This document shows, one piece after another, positions 38,342-45,862 of a DNA stretch of 45,862 nt. Location: the NCBI RefSeq assembly GCF_006345805.1, contig NW_021834664.1, forward strand, positions 1 to 45,862. Reading direction: 5' to 3'. The position numbers were made by a program, and so were the translations under genes. Each line of letters starts with the position of its first letter. Position 1 is the stretch's first letter. This DNA is from Octopus sinensis (taxonomy: Eukaryota). The notes beneath the pieces were generated by a model, which was not told the DNA's origin, ran no database searches, and saw nothing but the letters and a program-made list of their open reading frames with translations.

Positions 38342-38571
38342 CTCTTTGACAATCTTGTGTCTCAATCCGAAAATGTGTGCTAAACAAATCAATCAAAACT
38401 TTATTAGAACCATGACTCTCTGGAACGAAAACTCTACAAACAATTTTTTATCTACAGATACCATTCTACATTGACCAGATAAATCGTAGAGACTTTTCAA
38501 ATGACGACAGTATTGTCTCTCTTTGGAATAAAACACAGAATACAAGTCAAAGAATGAATAAATTTATTTAC

Positions 38572-38829
38572 CGTCTCTATACTTGGTCGGCACAGTTCTT
38601 CTTAACTGATGAAAATAGGTATTAGTTGCTCCTATTAGTATCTTCTCTGATGTGTCATCTTCGTATAAAATGCAGCTTGGACTTATCGCTCTACTCACGA
38701 AGGATTTGCATGTAGAAGTTTCAAAACACCTCTTCGAACAGCTGGAGGCATCCACGTCAAGTGTCATCAATGTTTTACCATCTTTCAGATCACAGTGTTC
38801 TACTTTTATAAAATACTTCAGATATTCAA
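38572..38829 (-). CDS. Internal coding exon, PAN/Apple module 1 (258 nt, phase 1-1)
   Basis: Acceptor ttcctgactttgttacag, donor G|gtaaat; SSCSKRCFETSTCKSF...SCILY PAN core. Confidence 0.8.
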
Positions 38830-38951
38830 CTGTAACAAAGTCAGGAAAATTAAACAACCAAAATAGGAAGATGAAAATAAAAGATTGTGAAAATAGATAA
38901 TATAAAGAAATAGAATATTAAAAGTTTGAGGATCAATATTGATATTTTTAC

Positions 38952-39000
38952 CAGGAAGAAGTGATAAAGTTGTTACTACCATAGTGTAGGTACAAAGCAT
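38952..39000 (-). CDS. First coding exon (putative signal peptide MLCTYTMVVTTLSLLPG)
   Basis: ATG at 39000; phase-1 donor G|gtaaaa at 38951; 122-nt intron to the module-1 exon; upstream acceptor catttgcag at 39033 suggests a further upstream exon. Confidence 0.65.
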
Positions 39001-40128
39001 CTTGGAATATATTATCTGATTAATCAAAATGACTGCAAATGAGTTCTTAATTAATTAATTCTCATATTTAAATTACTCATATGCTATGTTCTATAATGTT
39101 TAACGGTTGTGTGTTGTAAAGTTTATACAATGTCAGTACTTTGTTATATTTAACAAAATGCTTACAAAATTGAATTATAATCAATGGAAATTATGTTAAG
39201 AAGTGAATTTGTCATCATGCGGCTGTTTTGTATTGAACTAAAAATTATAAATTTTCTTTTCAACTAATTTACTTTGAGAAGGAAAATATTCTCTTGTATT
39301 GAACTTATAAATTAAATGTTTGTGTAGTGATTTTCATAATTTTCATAGATATAGGTCTATATATTGATATAAATCTACTCACGTCCATTTCCAAATTTCA
39401 ATGAGATATAGAAGAGAACTGCAACGAAAATTTATTTTGTAAAATATTTCATATTTCATATTCACGTTTAACATTCATTTACAAAGAATTAAGATGACAT
39501 GAATAGGAAAGAGAAGTGCTACAAGCGTAATTCGATAACAAATACAACGATGACCACCGTTACATCACCATAAAATTATCCATTGAAATAAGGAGGGAGA
39601 GCGATAAATTGGAGAGGGATAGAAAGATAAACAAAAGAAGAGAGAGAGGAGGGATGAGAGCGAGATAAAGAGAGAGGAACAGAAATAGAAAAAGGAGAAG
39701 ATGAAGAAAGAAAAGGAAAAGTTGTTTCAATCGAGATAAGAAGCATCAGTATTTCTTGGAATAGAAAATTCTAGACACTTTAGAAACTTTAGTGAAAGTA
39801 TTACGTATATTAAGAGCGGGATAAAGAGCGAATGTAGTGAACCAAAAAGAATGTTAAATTAACTAGAATTACGCATGTAATGGAGAGAGAAAAACAATTA
39901 TCTGATTTTAAAATAACTGTTGTGAAGAAATGGAAGGGAGAGAAATTCCGAAATTAAAATTGATTAAAAATGACATAGAAGTAAGCAGTGGGGAACGAAT
40001 CTAATGTTTTGTATGTTTGGAGTTAAATCCGGACATGTTTTGGACTTATCAGGTATCCTTTTGGAAATATAGTCTAATACGTATTTAACCAGATCATAGA
40101 ATATAAATTTGGTGTGAGAATTACTCAC

Positions 40129-40206
40129 TGAATAGGCATTGATTTAAAATAAGACGATGGCAAGTTTTGTTGCACTTCCTTCTGTTTGCGGAACACAGAT
40201 TATATA
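40129..40206 (-). promoter_or_regulatory. Candidate TATA box and short 5' UTR exon of the PAN gene
   Basis: TATATAAT at 40206-40199; consensus donor CA|GTGAGT at 40128, about 70 nt downstream; could splice to the acceptor at 39033. Confidence 0.35.
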
Positions 40207-40356
40207 ACCAAATATATAATGAAAGTTGACCACATCCTTCCTGGTGATCTATTCCTTTACAAAATGTATTTCATGATAAAATTATTTTAGCATTTTCTAC
40301 CTTGCCTTATTTTTCTTATACATGTCAACTCGTGTGTTGCTTTTCAACCTTCTACA

Positions 40357-40416
<60 letters not shown>

Positions 40417-40599
40417 CACCACACCACACATATATCTCTATCTATCTGTCTATCTATCTATCTACCTATCTATCTATCTATCTATCTATTTATCTACTAT
40501 CAATACACACACACACACACACGCACCATATATAGTCGTGATGGTTAAACCCTTAATAATTAAAAAAACGTAATATATTAATTATACAATAAAACGTTT

Positions 40600-42620
40600 A
40601 CATACAAATAATTTGAAGGTAATTCCTCTGCAGCATCCTGCCTGTTTTTAGGTAGAAATGGCTGTCAAGAACCAGATGTTACGAACTTACATTTATCTTC
40701 TTAATGAAGGATAATCATTATATCAACTTCGTATCGATTTATCAATATTAGCTGGTCAACAAACCGTAGTAAACAAAAAAAACAACTTTCAAGGACAGCA
40801 GTGATTTATTGAGACGGATTTTGTTGATTATTTTCGTATCGAAGTACGATAAGCTGAAAATGTTCTTTTTATTTCGCAGTAGGTGACCATGGTTGCAGGT
40901 GTGCGAATAAGAGTTACAGAATAGAGTAGATAAGTTCTGGGCTAGATATGTTTCATAGCGAGCGGAACCTCAGAAGTGGTAAATACCCAAGCGAGGTGCA
41001 TATCGCAGGCTAGTCTTCAGGACAAGGATATCTTGATTCAATTAAAGGTTACATTGTCGCAAGGAGGTACATGTTGACGCATGGAATATTCAATCGAAAT
41101 GTGTAGAGAGCACAGAAAGGGGGAAGAATATTAATGTAAAACAAGGGAAAAAAGCAAGAAAATATAAGGAAGTGAGAGAAAAAAGGATTTTAAGCAAGGG
41201 CATATGATCGGTTATAATCAATAGATCTGTTTTGGCTGAATTACAGAAATTAGCAAGGGGAGTGGTATTTGTAAAAAAGATAATTTGGATGGAGGAGGCG
41301 GGGAAAATATTTTTGATCAAGGGGGGGAAAGAAAGTGCGTATGAAGAAAGCAAGATAGAGTGATTAATTAAGCATCGTCATTTGACCGGTGACTTAATCA
41401 CAAAAATTAGCAAAGAGTGTGGCATTATAAAAAATAATATGGAGGGAAAAGGGTGGGGAAATGCTTTTGGTCAATGTGGGGTGGTGGGGAGAAAAATATA
41501 TATGCATGTAGAAAGTAAGAAAAGGAGGGGAAGAATCGTGGCGGCTACTATAGGTTTTTTTCAATAGAGGAATGTATATAGTGTGTGTTGAGCGTGTTTA
41601 CAGTATGAAGTGGTGTAGTGCATAATGGCGTATGTACTTATAAGTTTACGAAAAAGAGGGAAAATTTATGAAAGTTAGGGGAGAAAAAGCGGGCTGGGTT
41701 TGTTATTATTTGTATTTTGAGAATAGATTTAGTGACCGATGTTTGTAGGTAGATATCATACTATTGCGTTCATTACGATAGTTCGTGGATTGCAAAGTAG
41801 CCAAGACCTCGGCTGTGCAGAGATCAAACTTGTTATTATAGCTGATGTATGGCTTGGCGTGGGTAACTATGGACCCCTTGAGAATGTAAAGAGTTGAATC
41901 AAACTTTTTTGTTTATTGAAAAGCTGAGGTAAAGACATGCCATTGATTCTGTTTGGGACTTGAAGCTGGAGCAGTGGTCGCTCACTCTAGCTTTGAAGGT
42001 GATGCTACATGAGTCAATATAAATGGAGTTACAATTGGCATATGATACTGTACACTATAAACTACGTTTCTTGTGAGACAGCGGTTATCTAAATGACAGG
42101 AGGCTGGGCGTCTGCGGCAGCGTAGGTCTGTAGAGGATGTTCTGGATGACCTTAAGAGGGGATTGCTATTTAGTGAGGAATCGGTGTTAAGTTTGGTTTT
42201 ATTGCTGGCGTTAAGATCAGTGCTTGTTAAGGAGTTGAGGGTGATGCTGTAGAGATGTAAAATATGATGATTATTGTGTCCGGTGCTATCTTCTGTGTTG
42301 TTCTCTATTTTTACAAGAGGTATAGTTGGGCGTTGTGGTAAATTTAAGGATCAGGTGTTAGAAGTGGAATTATAGTTGGAGTTATGGGTGTTAGTGCTGT
42401 TAAGGAGCTTAATTGGTATTTTGGGTTTATATGTGTGGAGCTGGGGGCTATGTTGAGTAAAAACGTAAAAAGCGTAAAATTCCTCCTATCCCACCCCTCC
42501 AATACCCGTCCAAATTTCAGAGTATCAGATGACCTAACAAACGATTCTCCTTTCCTACCCAGATGACCCCAAATCCGATATACACCATAACCCACCGAAA
42601 CAGACACCATCATACACCTC
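40600..42620 (-). mobile_element. Decayed Penelope-like element 3' part (GIY-YIG domain + putative pLTR region)
   Basis: Minus strand RCRRRPASCHLDNRCLTRNVVY, IYIDSCSITFKARVSDHCSSFK, KPY...DLCTAEV...NERNS..STYKHR (about 42125-41720); hammerhead-like CTGAAGA (41020) ... GAAACATATC (40954); motif at 40606-40668 shared with the fold-back elements. Confidence 0.65.
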
Positions 42621-43679
42621 CAAACTCTATATCCACCCAGTTAACCCCACTAATGGGATTAAACGAACGGGAATCCGGGAAGTTATCTGGTTCCACCCCA
42701 TCCGATCCTCTTCGCCCTACCCGAAGAACATTTCCCTAAATCTAGCCCCCAATCTATAAAATCAGTTCTTGAAAATAGAATCTTGAAGTAATTTTCTTTT
42801 CCCGTCTCTCGTATTTCTTTGCCAAACACATAATGATAAAATATATCAATATGTAAAATGTGTCTTGTATTTTTATATCATTGGCTAAGGACAAACCATG
42901 CTGGTAGAGGAATTGCAAGACAGGCAGCTTTCTTTCTCTCTCTCTCCTTTTTTCTCTAAGGTTTCTTTTGCATTACCCTCTCCGAAAAAGACAGATTCTT
43001 ACTGCACTAGCAACGTATATAATAGCATGGTGTCTGTTATGCATTTTGTTTTCAAGTATGCGCGACAATACTTCGAGTGCACTCTCATACTTCTCCTGAA
43101 AATGGCGTTCTGCTTCACATGTGAGGTTTCAAGCACTCTGGAGAGTATCTTTGAACGGAAGGAACTAATTGTCCTTAATGGCAGCAGTTATTCAAGTAAC
43201 TGTTGGAAGGTTTAGATACCAAATGTTTGACCAAACATGGGGAAATTAAAAGAATAATAATTTATTTAATAATGATAATGAGATGATACTGCTGGTTTCT
43301 TTTTAGTGTTGATACAACAACGTTAGAGAAATTTATGTTTCAAGGTGCTGAAACGTCTTTATCATTATTTTATATAACACGTACATACAAGCTGTTAATT
43401 CTTTATTGTAGATTCAGTACAATATATGGATATACGTTAATTCATAAGAAGGAACCTTGCTGAAGTAACCAAAGATGATGAATATCCTTCAGAGACAAAG
43501 GACCTTAAAGAGTCAGCTTTTGAAGAATTAGAACATTATGATACAGTTATATTCTCATAGGATTCTGATTCAACAAATTTATAAGGCACAAGATGACATC
43601 AGGGTGATTATGTTGTGATAGACACAGAAGGACTAGCCGGACTGTGGTTAAGGATAAGAAAATATTTCATTTGAAAGGC

Positions 43680-45862
43680 GCCTTTCAGAACAGCAGCCGA
43701 CGCTCGACAGTCTCAACAAACTCATCTTGAAAACATTAGCAACAACCAAAGCAATAAATCTTCATAGCGAAAACTCAAGAAAAGTTTCGTAAACATTGTT
43801 TGATTCAAGATGTTGCGGTTTCAATCTAGGGTTATATAAATCACGTCAATGAGTACAGCATTCCGGAAAAGTGCTTTTACTGTCCACATGTTCCAGAAAA
43901 ATACTGATGAGTAAGAATTCATTAAAACAAGCCTTCGCGATGGCAAGTATGCTTTGGGAGTAAAATGAACCAAATCTATATTTCAGCTGATTCTCTACAG
44001 AGGGAATATCAAACTTTTGGGAAAGGAGCACGTGATGCCACTCTTATCCAGTTGTCAAGAAAGGAAAATTAATGGTATCTATATTGCAATTTATTTTTCA
44101 CTGCTATTATTTGGATAACGAAGGAACTGCAATTATTTGTGCGAGCCTGGAAAATTACCGACGAAGTTCCCCTAAACAACATCATCGCAGCGGCATTAAC
44201 AAGTAATGATATTCCCAGAACCACGGCCCAGATCGGAAGAAACTGTAATTCCTCCATTCCTATGCTTTCATTAGACAGCCCATCGACACTCTTGACACCA
44301 TTCTGGGTATCTGATTGCACCAATAATGTTAAAAAGATGGATGTAACCTCAAGGATTCAACGGTCTCTCAAAAGGACAAAACCTAAGCCACGACTGAGAG
44401 ACCTGCAAATGAAGGAAACACTGTTACTGACCCTGCCCCATCACTTTAGACAATCAATGATTTAATAGAGCTGAAAAAGGAAAACCAAAACACGTAATTG
44501 ACAAAAAAAAAGCTGTCAGAAACAAGGAAAAACGAGAAGTGAAAAACAAAGGAAACGAAGAAAAGACAAAACATTTTGGAGCAAAACAAAAAACATAGAA
44601 GTTACAAAAGTAAAAGCAGAAACATTTGCAGATTTTACCTTTAAGAGAACGTCTAGTGCGGCGATGATAGTGCAAAGAGTCCTACGAAAACTGCACAAGC
44701 CCAAAGCAATACTTTTTTCCATGAAGAGGACAAAAGGAAAGGTTACACACTGTCTACTGCCCAAAGACGATATGCAGATGTAGTGTTTACCCCAACAAAT
44801 AGTCAGCCTCATTCAGATGTGAAAATGGCAGGAGCTGAACAATAATTCATTTTGAGCTTTGCACAAAAATTTTTCCTGCAGCTGCACTGGCTATAAGCAC
44901 AAACTTGGATGCACACCGACCATCACATGGCCACCACAAGCAATAGATACAGGATGGCCACCACTAAGACCAACTCAAACGCCGCACAAATATTTCTTTT
45001 GAACACCAGACGTCTGTTGCACCTCAGTAACAAAACAAATATCTCTTTCCTGAGAGACCGTGCTGCATGCAACCAAATCCCATGCATAGCACTTGTGAAA
45101 ACGCATCTTAGACTCGATATAGGGGGTGCAGAACTACATATATCAAAATATGTTGTAATACGCTCAGACAGAAAAGAAAGGATCCATGGTTGATTTGCTG
45201 TGTACATCCGAGAGAAAATCATACCCGGGTCCTGCTGTCATATTCAAATTCAGTGTGTGGCACTCAAATTGTACACATGAGACAACTTAATTTTGCTATA
45301 TGTACAACATATCGGCCACCGGATGTTCCATATCATACGGGTAAGTTTGAAGACTGCCTCGCAAAGGTAGAAGTTCTCATGAAACTGGAGCAACACGTCA
45401 GTGTATTCCTTTTGGGTGACTTTAACTTCCCGAGGGTCAGATGCTTTCAGGAATGACACACCACCAAAAAGCACAGATAGAGTCCCTGCTCCACTTTATC
45501 AAAGCTTCACTCATGGAGCAAATTGTTTTGCAACCAGCCACAGCAAATGATATAATGGATCCCTGCTTCACAAACAGTATGGACATTGGTCCATAATGTG
45601 AAAGTGACACCGACACTAGTCATGGATCACAACATAATAGAGCTGTCTATGTATGGACCAAAATTCCCTACAGGCATACAGCCTATACGAGGCACTCGAA
45701 ATCTCTCCAGTCTGAAGAGTCATAAAGCTACGTGGAAGTTGATTGAAAAAGACAGTAGCCAAAAGGATTGGTCTATATATCTCCCCACACGAGACATTGA
45801 TATGAAACACAAGCATTTCATGTCCATAAGACAAGCCATATGTAACAAATCTGTCCGAAAGC
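43680..45862 (+). mobile_element. CR1-group LINE 5' part (decayed ORF1 region + APE endonuclease), running off the window end
   Basis: LLNTRRL...IALVKTHL...IRSDRKERIHG, CTTYRPPD, LLGDFNFP, DPCF, DHNIIEL; related to the LINE at 8815-11706. Confidence 0.8.

Noticed and set aside
38341-38419. Possible exon with a good acceptor and one Cys (ESHGSNK...QDCQR)
   Set aside because: The only donor is weak, lies at a microsatellite edge and is phase 2, incompatible with downstream exons.

Overview
Repeat-dense animal genomic DNA, most likely an octopod cephalopod (inferred from the SINE families, R4/Dong LINEs and AT-rich microsatellites). The only credible host gene is a minus-strand, intron-rich gene: four coding exons (39000-38952, 38829-38572, 25332-25102, 14717-14527), all joined in phase 1, give a 242-aa putative secreted protein with three PAN/Apple-like modules. 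Almost everything else is decayed, often nested mobile DNA: one Tc1 and several mariner transposons, about six R4/Dong-like RLE LINE pieces (several next to (TAA)n), two CR1-group LINEs, two Tx1/L1-like remnants, a CRE-like RT fragment, two Penelope-like (GIY-YIG) remnants, tRNA-derived SINEs and many microsatellites. The most unusual signal is a group of hammerhead-ribozyme-associated elements. Two homologous fold-back elements (about 190-bp and 231-bp arms) sit in (TA)n. Each folds at a 5'-truncated hammerhead-like motif and carries a second degenerate motif about 250 nt downstream, and both share a conserved motif with the 3' region of a Penelope-like remnant. A separate element combines a tRNA-like Pol III head, (AAT)n and a minimal hammerhead. 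All calls are by-eye readings, and coordinates of decayed elements are approximate.
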